Shown in pieces: positions 27,421-41,919 of a stretch of DNA of 64,000 nt (positions are counted from its first letter, which is position 1; the number at the start of each line of letters is the position of its first letter). Made by a program: the position numbers and the translations under genes. Where the stretch lies: positions 36,707,995 through 36,771,994 of the forward strand of contig NC_068994.1 in assembly GCF_001194135.2 (NCBI RefSeq), given 5' to 3'. Source of the DNA: Octopus bimaculoides (Eukaryota). The notes below the pieces were generated by a model. It saw nothing but the letters and a program-made list of their open reading frames with translations. It made no database searches and had not been told where the DNA came from.

Positions 27421-28829
27421 TTGGTAATATCAGTGAGAAATTTTAACCTCACTACTACTTTGCTCAACTATGGCAAGCATGGAATATTGATATTCATGCA
27501 CTTTTTCAAGTGTGCATGCATGTGCAGGAATGCACATATATAATGAGCTCCTTGAAGGTTCTATCTTTCAAATTCCCTCATCAGGTATTGTTCAGCCTGG
27601 GACTATAGTAAAAGACACTTGATAGTCGGACCAAACCCAAAACCATATGGCTAGAATATTGAAAATAACTCAAGTATCTTAAGTACAACTTCACATGAGT
27701 TGGAGTTTCAATAAGGATTGGACTGACATGCATCATGCCTAACATACATGCGAGTGGGTTACAACACTTGTCCCTTGATATTTATCAGCAACAGAAAAGT
27801 TTTGTCTCTTTTTTGAAGGAAGTAACTGACTTATAGATGTTTCTATGTACTTCTGTGGTATCATAGATATATGAATAGTTTTTGGAGGAAAGTACGCTTG
27901 AACTTTTATTGTCATTCGCTGCTCAGAACAAAGTAGTTTTTGGCTTATATGCAATTGAAGTTATGTAACAGCCATGTGGTGCTCATGAAATAAAATATGA
28001 AATAAGGTGGGAGAAATGATATGTAGTGATATTAAGCCTTTTCTGTTAAAGAATGTACCACAAAGTACAAATTCATGATTATCAACTTCAGGATAAGAAT
28101 TAGTCAATGATAGTGTCATAAGACAATGTGAAGATGAAATGTATAGAAGCTGAATGATTCTTCCATTGGGTGTAGATTCAGAGAAATTCTAGGTGAAGTG
28201 TTTATTGAAAAGGGGGAGGAGGAGAAAGAAGCATATAACAGAGGACAGCTGAGTATTTCTATGAGACATCTGGCTGTGAACTATAGACTGGATTTATGGT
28301 TGCTTCAAGGTTACAGCTGACAAGGCGGTAGACTCAATCTCTGGAGACAAAGCTGGATAATTGCTGTGCTGATGATAGCTGTTGAACCAGAAACACTTCT
28401 CAATGACTGCCCTCTAGACAATAAACCTCTCTTTTTCCTTAATGATATCAGTTTTGGAGAAATCTTAGTCTTGAGATGATCTTCCTTTCTCAAGTGGAGA
28501 TGGTCTTAATTGTCATTTGGTAATTATGATATATCTTCTAGACGTGCAGTTAATTTTAATATGTTATGCATTTATGTTGTAGGGTATTTGATATTATGTT
28601 TGTGTTTGCTGATGCTAGAAGAAAAGTACTAAACTAAGAGAAGGCCTGAAATGATTGAATAACAGGAAGAAGCAAAGAACATCATCAAGTTACCAAAACT
28701 TATGAGTTGTTGAATAAGGAGAATGTATTAGAGAGAGAGAGAAAGAGAGAGAGTGAGAGAAATTGGAGAGGGAGGGAGAGCCAATCCCAGATAAACCAAA
28801 CAGGTAGTGTTCATTGAAGTTGACAGTTA

Positions 28830-29390
28830 TGCAGTTAAAAATGTGATTAAGGATATGAAGACAGGGAAGGCAGCTGGACTTCCAAGAGTTGTTGCTGAAA
28901 ATATCTGAGAAAGTAGATAACACTAGTCACTTGCATAATAAATCAGGTACTACAGATAGGCGTCATTCTTAATGACTAGTGTAACATTATCATTATCAAC
29001 TGCTATAAAGACAAAGGAGATGCTCTAGAGAGAGGTAATTAAATTGATGGATCAGCTTATGAAAGTTATTGAATGAGTTAACAAAGTAATCACTAGAAAT
29101 CCATGCACACCATGTAAAGGGATACTACTGTTAGCAATGAATTCAGCAAGAAATTGAGCATGCATGTAAGTGTCTATCAGGCCATAACTGAGGAATTTAA
29201 AGGTAGCTTCTGACAGGGACACCTGTATACCAGGGACACCTGTATACCAGGGACACCTGTATGCCAGGGACCTAGTTATAGTTGAAACAATCTTCTCATT
29301 ATTTACTTTTTTACTGATATATATACACTTTTCTGATTCTGATATTAATCCCTGATGAACTCTGATTGCACACACCTATTGGATTCAAAA
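28830..29390 (+). mobile_element. RTE-like LINE relic with internal deletions
   Basis: IKDMKTGKAAG...INCYK..GDALERGN...LMDQLMKVIE motifs upstream of and within the RT region. Confidence 0.65.
29214..29272. repeat. 17-bp minisatellite (cagggacacctgtatac) x3.5
   Basis: Directly visible tandem copies. Confidence 0.9.
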
Positions 29391-31673
29391 ACCTTTATCC
29401 AACTGTAGAATGAATGGTTTGTGTGTGTGTGTGTATGTGTGTTAGTGGGCAAGAGATGTATCTGTGTTTGTACACACACATGCACACACACCCTCAAATG
29501 TACTCATATATATACATACACACACACACATGCATATTTATATACATATACATACATACATACATATGTGAAAACATGCATAAGCTGCATTATATCAGAT
29601 AAAGCTTTAACATTTCTTAAGTTAATGAACACAATAAACTAGGTTGGGTATAGTAATGTGCTGAGAATATTTGATAAATATTTCATTACTACACAGAACA
29701 CTATTTTTGACTGAACTGGGCGGCAGCAGTTCACAGGCACTGAAAGCAGATAAATCAGTAGATATTTTTATGTGTTTGCTGCTCACTCTCTTTGAAAACT
29801 GAAAAACAGAGAGAGAGTGAAAAACATCTAAGCATGGCTTTCTGTTAGTATCAACAACAGAGCTTTTCCTTAAGTTTTTAAACTGATGAGAGCCTTTGCC
29901 AGTTACAGAAGTAGAAGGAACTGTCAGACATGTTGAATGTATTTTGTGATTGAACTTCAACATTGAATGTACAGCATTCAAAGTCAAAGTAAAACCAAGG
30001 CTAATAAATAAATGTACAAATGCAAATGTTGTTTTTTTAACCCCAGTTCAACCTTGATGTGAGCAAAGCTATGATCAAAAGCATTCAAGCCATGGCTATC
30101 CTGTCTTTTCAGACATACTTCATCTCAGACTAAAATAGCTAATATGTATATCCATTTTCTCAGAGAGATTTGGTTGTTGTTTCTAACAAAATGAGGGATT
30201 GCATAGAGGCACTCTCATTAGCAAATGTTATATCTATAGAAGGCTGTGCCAGGGTAACAGAAAGGAGATAGAAATAAATGTAACAGCAGCAGGGTTATGT
30301 GGTGACATGTCATATCAAGAAAACTATGCTTCCATTGGCTTTTCAAGTTGTTGATACTATCAGTTGGTTGCAGTCCTTGAGAGAAGTGCAATAATTTTTC
30401 AGTAGTAGAGTGGAATTTGAACTCAGAATGCTCAGAATTGGAAAAAATATTGATTTCAAGTTTTGGTGCAGACATAGTTCAGGGAAGGGAATGAGTTGAT
30501 GGCATCAAAATCAGTGCTCAACTAATACTTATTTTATCAATCCTGAAAGGATAAAAGACAAAGTCGACCTTAGTGGAATTTGAACTCAGAACATAAAAAT
30601 GGATGAAATGCTGCTGAGCATTATGCCTGGTGTGCTAACAATTCTGCCAGCTCACTGCCTAAGTCAGAACAAATATTGCTGAGCATTCCATCTAACCCTC
30701 TGACAATTCATTCCATTATTCCACCAGTCTGGACTGGTACTTTTTTAACCCCTGATGGATGAAGGGTAAACTTGACTTCAGCAGGGTTTGAACTATATGT
30801 GCAGTGAGTCAGAGCAACTACTATGGGGTATTTTGTCCAACCCGCTAATGTCTCTACCAATTTATTGTTGTTGGAGGAGTGGATATAGAAGAGGAATAAA
30901 AGGATTGAATTAAGTATAAACCACAATTTGGAAGATTTCATGCCAATGCTGTTTATTAAGGTAGTGCATGATGTTAAAAAACACTGTTCATACTTTAGTT
31001 TAATGACTATGAATGAGAGACCTGTTGCAACTTATACAGAATTTAATGTATTTGTTACATATGACAATGTTCAAAATTGTATGTTTAAACTAAGAAAATG
31101 TATAACATTTAAATTAATGGAGAAGAACTGCTTTCAATATTTCATGCTAGAATGATTTTGTTCTGATAATTTTCAAAAATTTTTAAATTTGCAGAACTAC
31201 TCAACACATAGTGAGTGCTCATTTGTTTGATTAACTGAAGTTCCAGCTCATTGAATTCGTATTGGTGACAAGCAGTGTGCGGTGACAAGCACAAACACAA
31301 AGACATGTACATTACTATAGTCAAACACACACACACACACATGGATATATGATGGGCTTCCACACAGTTTCTGTGTACCAAATTCATTCACAAGCCATTA
31401 TCTGGGATGGAGCTATAGTAGAAGATTTTTGTCTAAGGTGGCACACTTTGGGACTGAACTCAAAACCATGTGGCAACAGAATGAGCTTCTTACCACACAA
31501 ACCATGCCCTATGTAAAAAACGTTTTGAAAATTGCATATAATGAAATGTTTTAGCAGGATTTTGAAAACTGCCCCATTTTTTCAATTAAATTGTTAGACA
31601 TTTAAATGAACAACAGGAGGTTTAGTTCTTCCCAGTTGGTATGTAATGCTAATATTAATATGTAGCTATTCTA

Positions 31674-32025
31674 CAGGGTGTCCACAAAGTCTGGGTACTT
31701 GGGGATTAACACATACATTTAAAACAAAACAATTTTATTTAATTATAATGTTAATAAATAATTTTTTCAATATGATTTCCATCATTTTCAGTGCATAACT
31801 TGATGCGCCTTGCAAAATTCAGGTGAACTTGATTAAATAAGTCTACATTGCCATCAATCTCAGCACACTGGGTAGAAAAAGTAACATAAATAAATTTAGA
31901 AAAGTAATGTATTTTTAAAATTTAATTTAAACTAAAGTAAAAAAGGAAAATTATTATTTCTTATATTTAATTGTTTATGTTATGATTTTATTCACTCCAT
32001 GTACCCAGACTTTGTGGACACCCTG
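31674..32025 (-). mobile_element. Tc1/mariner-type MITE (352 bp)
   Basis: 25-bp TIR CAGGGTGTCCACAAAGTCTGGGTAC with TA on both sides; internal minus-strand relic CAEIDGNVDLFNQVHLNFARRIKLCTENDGNHIEKIIY*. Confidence 0.9.
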
Positions 32026-32700
32026 TATAATGTGGTGCAACAGTTTAAGAACGTTAACAATTATTATATATGTATATTATTACATATGTATGTGTATTTT
32101 ATTTATATGTGTTACATATTAGTAAAACTCATATAGAAAACTCCCTATCTACCTATCTGCTAGACAGGTAGTAGTTACTACTGGTTAAAACAGTGAATAT
32201 AATATCATGCTTCTTTAAGCTATTGTGCTGCTACAGGTGGGAATGATATACTGAAGTTGCATAGATCCCACAATGGTTTTTCTGTGCAGAGTAGGAAAAG
32301 CAAAATCCATATCTTGACATTAATAACTGTCACAGTGTTTACAATATATAGCCGTACTAACATGAAAAGAATACAATATTCACAAGAGAGGGAAGCTGTG
32401 TTACAGAGAGAGATCAAGCAATTCTGAGAGAAGAGGTGAACAGAAATACTATAGAGAAATGGGCAACTTTGATCTATGACACTTTTATACCGAGATCATG
32501 TGTGTGTGTGTGTATGTGTGTGTGTGTGTGTGTGTATGTATGTGTGTGTGTGAGTGTGTAAGCATATAGCTTATATATCCTTTTTATTATTTATAAATAT
32601 ATGTGTGTGTATACATGCATATATCTGTATATATTTTTATTATGTGTGTGTGTATGTATGTATGTATGTATGTATCTCTCACTCTCTCTCTCTCTCTCTC

Positions 32701-32752
<52 letters not shown>

Positions 32753-32897
32753 TACATATAGAAATATATGTTATACATTCATGTGTATGTATATATTTAA
32801 ATGAAAGTATGTTTCTATATTTCTATGTGTATGTGTGTNNNNNNNNNNNNNNNNNNNNNNNNNNNNNNNNNNNNNNNNNNNNNNNNNNNNNNNNNNN

Positions 32898-32932
<35 letters not shown>

Positions 32933-33436
32933 GCACAAGTCAAATGTATGAAAATAGGTGGGCATATGTGTCTGTGTGTGTGTGAGTGTGTATTTGTGTA
33001 GCAATCATAATGCAAACATAATACAATGCCTTTGAATCTATACAAATAAAAAAACTACCTCCTACATTTCTGTTAAATGTAGAAGGCATCAACTCAAAAA
33101 AACATGAGCAAGAATGGAAGATTGCTTATGTAGATGGCTGGATTGCTCAACCCCATCCCTTCATTCTAGGAAAGAATCACTACTATATCTATCACATGCA
33201 TACTGTACTGAACATTACAGACTTCACTTCTATTCACACAGAATGAGCAGGCTATAAGAAAAAGAAAAAAAATGAAGCCAAAGCCAGTATTTTCCTCCAT
33301 GATACACTTAACACAAATGCAAAGGTTATATTTTCAAATAGCTACTGTGAGTCCTATACCTAACCATTGAGCTCCACAGGACATCCTTAATAGAGCTTCC
33401 GTGAGTACCCCAATGAAATAAGTCCTTCATATAAAT

Positions 33437-33961
33437 CAGTGGTTCCCAAACGTTTATGCACTGCCAGCCCCTTTTCACCCAGGCTATATTCCGAGTGCCC
33501 CATCACCCAGAAACAGACGTCTTTCTACTGCAAATTCAAAACAACTGTGTTTCACAAATAACACTTCACCTAATTAGCTCATTATTTTGCTGTTTTTACA
33601 ATATGAAAGAGTTCTTGTCATCATTATTGTTGTTGCTGTTGTTTTTGTTCAGTGTCATGTTTTCATCTTTCTAGAGAATTCTCTTGGGAGTTTTATGACT
33701 TGGTTCATCAGTAAACTTTTAGGTTTTATTTGTATTTCTTTTTGTTCTTTGATTATGTTTCAAGAAAACAAGCAACTTTATTCAGATTGATTTTTTAAAA
33801 CCGGAGTGTACCATTGAAAAATAGAGGGGGCATTGCCATTTGTTACCCCCATTTTGGCCATCCTTTTATCATCCCATTTTTCTTTAAATACCTCCCTGGA
33901 TCTTTCCACACTCTCCCACCCTACCGGCAAGGGTGTATACCACCCACTTAGTGAACCACTG
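33437..33961. mobile_element. hAT-like non-autonomous element
   Basis: Ends CAGTGGTTC...GAACCACTG; 8-bp flanks atataaat/atatatat match 7/8. Confidence 0.6.
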
Positions 33962-36089
33962 ATATATATGGACAGTTTATTGATTGTGTCTGGCATATGA
34001 GTCTCTTATCAAAAGTTCCTACCTCTGGGCTCCACCCATTCCTCATTTCCTGGATATGTAGCTTCCTGTCAGATTGTACCATTGCAGTGTGAGTTGACAG
34101 GGCTCTTTCTGAGCCATTTTTTATTTATTCTTGTGTGACCCAAGTTCAGTTTTGTCTTGCACCCTCTTCTACATACCAATGATCTACTTACAATCACATC
34201 CACTTATGTATTCCTGATGTACTTGTCTCTTGTCCTCTTAATCATCATTGATTTTTCGTCCAACCCACTAAACCCCTAATTGACCACTGCAGCCAGTTCT
34301 TCCTCCTCAGAACATCATCCCTCTGGAACTTTCTACCTGATCTTTTTTTACCCTCAGGTGTCAATTTGAAAAAGTTTAAATGGCAACATTAACAGTATGA
34401 CTCTCTTTGTCTCTGTCACCCTCTCTCTCTCTCCCTTTTTCTCTCATCTTGGACACACTGCAACAAAGACCAAGGGCTCTGCGCTTTCCTTAAAAGTCAG
34501 TAAAAGTAAAAACAAAATAAAATCGCCCATGATTCTTTCCCATTGAGAGGTTAGATGAAAGTAGTGTCATCCCACTTGGCGAAAGCAAAGGTTTTGAACC
34601 TGACTGATATAAGAATCCTCTAATTAAGCTGTCCATCTCTGAGTTTAATCATTGACTGAAAGTTCTATGTCAGATCACAACTTAGCAGTGTGTGCTGATG
34701 GGACTCTCTCTGATCCTCATTATATCAACTCTAGTTCCTTCTAGGTTTTGCTATGTCTCTCACATTCTAAAATTTATACAAAGGAATACCTCCTACCCAC
34801 CCACATGCACATACATGCACACACTTACACACACACATGTATGCATGCACAATATTAAATGGATGGTATTAGAAAGGGCATCCAACCAAAGTAGGTATTG
34901 GAATATGATACAGTCTGCTGGTTTGTCAGTCCTGTTGAAACAGCGAAGCCATATCAACAAGGAAGATGGACATTAAACAATGATGATGATAACAATGGTG
35001 ATGATGAAGATAATACACACACATATACAATTATATAAACACACACACTTATGTACCTCACCAAATGCTTAAGGATTAAATTGTTTATGCACACACACAC
35101 ACACACACTTTTTTTTCTTAAACAATAAAACAATAATGTTGTTGGTATTGACTTTTAGGCATTGTCAGACAGGCCGAAACTTCGAAGTCAATTCTAACAG
35201 CATTCTTGTTAAAGAATAATAAATTAGTACTCTAGAAACGTATAGAGTAATCCATCAGATTAATGGGAAATGAATTTTATTATAACTGAAAATAAAAACA
35301 AATATTAATGTGTGTGTGTGTGTGTGTTTGTGAACTATATAGAATTCTTGATACTTGAGATTATCCGCCCTGCTCAAGTGGAACTAGTCTTAATTGCCAT
35401 TTGGTAATTCTGACATACTGTCTAAAGGTGGAGGTAATTTTAATAACTCAGAAATTTATGTCGTATAGTATTTTGTATATCTTTGTTTATCCATGCTGTT
35501 CAAATGTCTGCAACTGGCCACTCTTAGATATTTCTTTCAGATGATTTTTGTTTAATGTGTGTCTGTGTGTGTGTGTGCGCGTGTGTACAGATTACGTGTG
35601 TGCGCGCACTTATACACACATGAATGGAAATTGTGACGCATAATTTTTTAAAAGACTTAGTATAAAACAAATATTGTCTTTATGTAAACAAGTTATTGAA
35701 ATAAATTATAAGAGTCACTGGAAAAACTTGTGTGCTTGTGTATATTTGTGTATGCTCATGTGTGTGTGTTTGTGTATGTTTGTACGTGTGCGCGTGCCTG
35801 TGAGCATGTTCCCGCTTGTTCTTGATGACCGGCATATGTGTGCTCTTTTGAGTGTGCGTGTCTTTGTGTGTATGTATGTGTGTCTGTTGTGTTCGTGTCT
35901 GTGTGTGTCCGTCTGTGCGCGCGTGTCCCTGTCCCTGTCTGTGTCTGTTGCATGTGTGTGCACGTATATATCCGAGTACTTGCTTGTGTTTGGGGCACGT
36001 GTGTATGTGTGTACATGCATGTGAGATCTTGCCTACTTTTGAGCATGTGCGTGGATACGCATGTCCTGTATGTGTAAAAGCATGTGCGA

Positions 36090-36131
<42 letters not shown>

Positions 36132-37123
36132 NNNNNNNNNNNNNNNNNNNNNNNNNNNNNNNNNNNNNNNNNNNNNNNNNNNNNNNNNNNNNNNNNNNNN
36201 NNNNNNNNNNNNNNNNNNNNNNNNNTGTGTGTGTGTGTGTGTGTGTGACCCTGCCATAGCGTGCAGCATATGTGCGTGTGTGTGTGTGTCCCTGCCATAG
36301 CGTGCAGCATATGTGTGTGTCTGTGTGTGTGCGTTGTAGAATGCTGAATGCAAGTTTTGTGTATTTATAAGTATTATCTAAATCTGCCGATCATGTAAGC
36401 CATTTTTAAGACCCAATACAGAGAATAGTTACCTCCCTTACACAACTTCTATAAAATGAGCAGCATGTGAATTGAAATTCCAATATCAGACATGGTTCTA
36501 ATTTAAAATCTTTACTCGATTCAGTCATCGGACTGTAACAGTGCCAGAGCACAGCAATCAAGGATTTGAATTGATCATTTCTCTGTACTTTTGTTTTTAT
36601 CTTATTGAACTGTATTGAATAACTAAAGTGTCTGTCCCTCGATAAAAATAGATCCAGCCGCTTCATGCCGGTGTACAGAAAAGCAGACATAAACGCGCGC
36701 ACGCGCGCACACACTCTTTAGATATATGCATCATACACACATAAACATATATACTTACGCACACACACACACACACACACACACACGTATGTAAATATAT
36801 TTTTAAATATATACATATATGAATAAAAAGTGTAAAGATTTTAAAGGATTTATAGATAATAGATTCATACAATGGGTCTCTATGTGCAGGGAAGAAGGAT
36901 CCACATTGAAAAAAAAGGAGTTGGTTATAGGCAATTTATCATTTGAGCTGATGTGGGTGTAATAGAATGAAAGATGAACATGTAGTCCCACGCCATCAAA
37001 TCAATTCATAACATATCTATCTATATATTGAAAGAAGATATTTATAAATATATAGTGGAGGAAGATATATATAAATATATACAAAAATGTATATGAAGAA
37101 ACCCTGAAAGATCCGTAGGGTTC

Positions 37124-38010
37124 ACTCTGTTGTGTTGCAGGCGATCTGTGGTATGGAGCTCCATCATGCTGAAAAATCTCATCTTCATTCAAGTTTGATA
37201 TGAAACTGTCCTTCAGCAACTGGATGTATTTGGCACTATTCTAGTTAGTGTCAATTTTAACCAACTTCCTTGAACCATCACTTTTTATGTCTCCCCCAAA
37301 GCATCAGACTCTTACCCCCAAACTTCACTGTTTTCATAATGTAAGATGGGTCATTTCATTTTTTTAGAGGCCTTCTCATAAATTCTTGCTTATTAGAAAG
37401 CAAAACAACCCACATTACGCAATGAAAACGATGAAGTTTGGAGGTAAGAGTCTGATGCTTTGGAGATACATAAAAAGTGATGGTTCAAGGAATTTGGTTA
37501 AAATGGACAGTAACTTGAATAGTGCCAAACACATCTAGTTGCTGAAGGACAATTTGATACCAGACTTGGATGAAGGTGAGATTTTTCAGCATGATGGAGC
37601 ACCATGCCACAGATCATGTGCAACACAACAGAGTCTGGCGGATGAAGGTGTTACCGTATTGAAAAATTGGCCAGCTCAGAGCCCTGACTTAAATATCATC
37701 AAGCAAATGTGGACAGAACTAGAGAGAAGAGTTTGTCAGAAGAATCCACACAATCTTGAAGAGTTACAGGAGCTCAGCCTCAGAGAATGGCATCTCTTAC
37801 CTGTGAAGATGATGAAAGATTTGTACACATATTTTCCCAGGCACATTGAAGTAATTATTCAAGCTAAGGGAAGCCACATGAAATATTAGCAATGTCCAGT
37901 AGCTTCTTGAAATGAACATTATGTAATAAATTTTCATTATAGACATTTTTCTGTTTTAAAACACTATATCTTGATTGGTTTATGTGATATAGCCGAAAAC
38001 ATTTGCATGG
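37124..38010 (+). mobile_element. Tc1-like transposase 3' half (37408-37889) preceded by an inverted partial copy (37124-37351)
   Basis: MKTMKFGG...FQHDGAPCH...WPAQSPDLNII(K)...QAKGSHMKY; the mirrored ORF 37001-37219 on the minus strand has the same sequence. Confidence 0.85.
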
Positions 38011-38538
38011 CCATTTTTTATGGTCATCTTGCATCGTCCCCTCTCATTCAGAATCCCTGCCACAAGATATAATGATTAAGTATAGAAATGACTCCAACAA
38101 GGTCAATGTTTCATCTGTAAAAATCGCAATGCGAAACACCCACTTACAAGTTGGCAATTAGTAGAAATTTACAATGGTTTAAAGTGGCCAAAGACTTTTT
38201 CACGGTTCTATATATATAAACACATATGTATGTATATACAAACACATGTATGTGTATATACATAGTTGTTGGTGTCTGGGTTTAGACAGAGAAGTGCAGT
38301 AATATCCAAGTGACCCTTAGGAAGCACTAGAAAAAGACTGATGTCCAGATGATGAACATAACAAAGCTTGTGGTGTTGTTTGTATTGTATCCCTTTATGT
38401 TCTATAACCTAGCAATTTGGCAATAACATATCTAACAGCTTGAGTATAGTGACTTTGTCATTGCTTGCTGTGATCCTCTAATTTTGTTCCCTTTTTGATT
38501 TCTAAGTTCAGCATAATGCTGATATATATCAAAGAAAG

Positions 38539-38865
38539 TGAAGGCACATGGCTTAGTGGTTAGAGTATTTGTCTCATGATCATAAGGTTGTGAGTTCAGT
38601 TCCTGGCAAGACATTGTAACCTTGAGCAAGGCATTTTATTTCATGTTGCTCCATTCCACTCAGCTGGCAAAAATGAGTAGTACCTGTCTTTCAAAGGGCC
38701 AGCCATGTCACATTCTGCATCATGCTGAATCTCCCTGAAAACTATGCTAAGAGTACATATGTTTGTGGAGTACTCAACCACTAGGACATTCATTTCACGA
38801 GCAGGCTGTCTCATTTCTCAGATCAGCTGGAACCCTCATCATTGTAACTGATGGAGTGCTATTTC
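38539..38865 (+). mobile_element. tRNA-type SINE family C
   Basis: Head tggcttagtggttagagt...ggttgtgagttcagttcc; related minus-strand relic at 40330-40465. Confidence 0.6.
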
Positions 38866-41284
38866 AAAGAAAAATGCATTCAATCCGATCGATTTAAGTA
38901 TACCACTTTTTTTATCAGCCCCCACAAAGGATGAAAGGCTAAATTGATCTTGGTGGGAATTAAAGTTTTACAATATCAGAAGATATTTGACTGATGCTTT
39001 ATTGATTCTGCCAAATCCATATTCCTTAATACTGCTTGTATAGTATAATAATAATGGTTTCAAATTTTGGCACAAGGTCAGTAATTTCAGGGAGTAAGTT
39101 GATTACATGGACCCCAGTGTTCAAATGTTACTTTTTTAATCAACCCTGAAGGGCTGAAATGCAAAGTTGACCTCGGTGGAGTTTGAACTCAGAACATAAG
39201 GATAGACAAAATGCCACTAAGCATTTTCCCTGGTGTACTAATGATTCTGCTAGCTTACCACCTTCGGTACTTATTTTATTGACCCTGAAAGGATGAGAAA
39301 CAAAGCCAACCTTCGCAAAATTTGAACTCACAATCTAAAGCATTTTGTCAGGTGTTCTAACAATTCTGCCAATTAAAAGCAGGATAGAGTTATCACAGAA
39401 AGTAATAAATTAGACATCAAATTTCAAATAGAAAAGTAAGTTGGGAAATGTGTTTAATAAAAGAAATTCTAAATATTTTTTTAATAAAAACTTTTAATAA
39501 AGGTATTTAAACTTAAAGTTATCTGAAGCAAAAGTCATTAGGAAACGACTGTTAACATACTAGAAATAGTAATGATTTTAAAAAAAGGATTTCTGAGATT
39601 TACGTTTGTAATATCAACATCTGCCATATCCCTTTTTCACCTTAAGTTCAGTGGTTTAAACTGTCAGTGTCTTCTGGTTTCGTGAGTCAACGTATTTTCT
39701 TTCACCAGTTATCTCCCTTATTCAATATATTCAAATTAATTATTTCCATATATTTTTCTGAAGCTCTCCATGTACCTATTTTTCTCTAAATCTGTAAATT
39801 ATTAGAGATAATATGTTATACAATTAAATTACTTATTAAAAGAAAATAGAAACGATATTTTTTAAATTTAAAAACATATTCTGAGGCCGTCCCTGACAGT
39901 TGCTATTGTTTGCTTAGATAAGACTTTCAAGTTTAATTATCAAAAAAAGAAAGAAAAAAAAAATTAAGACGACATATTTATCATCCAACATTGAAAACAT
40001 ACAGTCAAAATTATTCATATTTGTAGAAATTATAAAGATGGCCAAACCTGAAATTTTTCTTTTATAGATTAGATTATAATTGATTAAAATCTCATCATAG
40101 ATTAACTGCTTGTGTTTTCAATTATTTGTTATTGGAGACACATGTAATATATTTATACAAGAAATAATTTAACTGATTGATAATGTATCAGTTTTACCTC
40201 CAGTTCATTCTGTTAGTGCCTATGTAGATGTGCACTGGGAAAGAGACCTGCTCAACCCCCACATCATTCTTGACCCTGTTGAACATCCAGGATGTGATAT
40301 GTGGTGGGAGAGAGGGCTGTACCAGTAATTGGTTATTTCTTATTGCAGCTAAGTGGAATAGATTAATGTGAAATGAAATGCCTTATTCAAGAGCAAAACA
40401 CACTGACCAGTCCAGGAACCAAAGCCATGACAATAAGCCAGACACCCTAACTGTAAGGCCATGTGCTTTTCTATATTACCATACAGCATTTTGTTTATGA
40501 TGCACACAAAATAGTGAATCTTTTTTGTGCAAGTTAAAAGAAAAAAGAAAAAACCTCTTTGCTGCTAAAGACAGAATTTCTATAAATATTTTACTACTTT
40601 TATTAATTCTAATTTTGATCCCAAGTCCTGATTGTGTTACATAGGTGACAAAATCTTTTATTTACTCCTGTCTGTCCAACTTCTCCCTATCTCTCTATCT
40701 ATACATATAATTTTATATATAATTATAACTTCAACATCTTCTGTATTTAGGTGTCAACTATGTGAAAATTACTTCAGCAAACTTGGTATTATAGAAGTGT
40801 TGTCAGACTTTTTGGTATGGCTTCATACCATTAAATGTTTGCAGCTTTCATAGTCTCCATGTTTCAAATTTTCCAGTCTTCCGAAATGTTTCTTAAAAAA
40901 TGTAATTAGCAAACACTATTACAGATCCAATAACTTTATCCTAGAACCATGCAAAAGTGTTATTACCTATTTTCTTCAAAATTCATAAATGATTTGTCCT
41001 CATATTTCTGAACTATGTAAGAAATATGTACCTATCTCATGACAAGTACAACAAGCAACATTATTAATTTTTCCAATATTTGTATTGTTTAGAGAGTGGT
41101 GAGAAGGAGGGAGAAAGATATCCTCAAATAAGATGCCTGACACAAATGTTTGCAACTGAACAGACTCCACTAAAATCACCCAAGGACCATATGAGGTGTT
41201 AAAACTGAGTAACCTGTTAGGTCAGCAACCCTGTCAGGCTAAGAATTGTTCAGAATGCAAAGAGCTGGAACAAATACTGTAAGC

Positions 41285-41562
41285 CAGTGTTTTTCAGACT
41301 TTTTTGCTGTGACCCGTTTTATTTATCCCGCGACCCACTTAAGGGGTCATGACAAATATTTTTTTGTCCTTCTTATTTGTCATGTCCCATTTTATTTATC
41401 TTATGACCCACTGAAGGGTCAGAACCTACAGTTTGGAAAATGCTTTATATGCTGCATTGTGCACCCACTTGCGTTTTTTTCTTTCCTTCCTATTTCTCAT
41501 GACCCATTTTATTTATCTCGCGACCCACTGACGGGTCGGGACCTACAGTTTGAAAAACACTG
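41285..41562. mobile_element. hAT-like MITE with an internally duplicated 3' end
   Basis: 16-bp TIR CAGTGTTTTTCA(G/A)ACT; 8-bp TSD ctgtaagc/cagtaagc. Confidence 0.85.
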
Positions 41563-41919
41563 CAGTAAGCCATCTTGTCTAGCACTCTAATGATTCTATC
41601 TGTTCATCACTCTTTCATACATCTGTGGTTGATGAGTTGATATTATTAATTGTTGTTTCCTGCAATAATCAATAGAGATGATCACCTGTTGCTGACTTCT
41701 TCTCATGACACAGAAGTCAAGTAAAACACTATGGTAGTCTACAGTAAGAATATGGAAAAATTTTGGAGATCACAGGAAAGTTTGTAAATTAAAATATTTC
41801 CTTTAATATTTACTCAATATCTATATGCCTTATTTGAAACCATTATTATTATTATTCTCTTTTCTACTTCAAAATGTAATCATATTATTTTTCATATATC
41901 TTAAACTATGAAATATATT

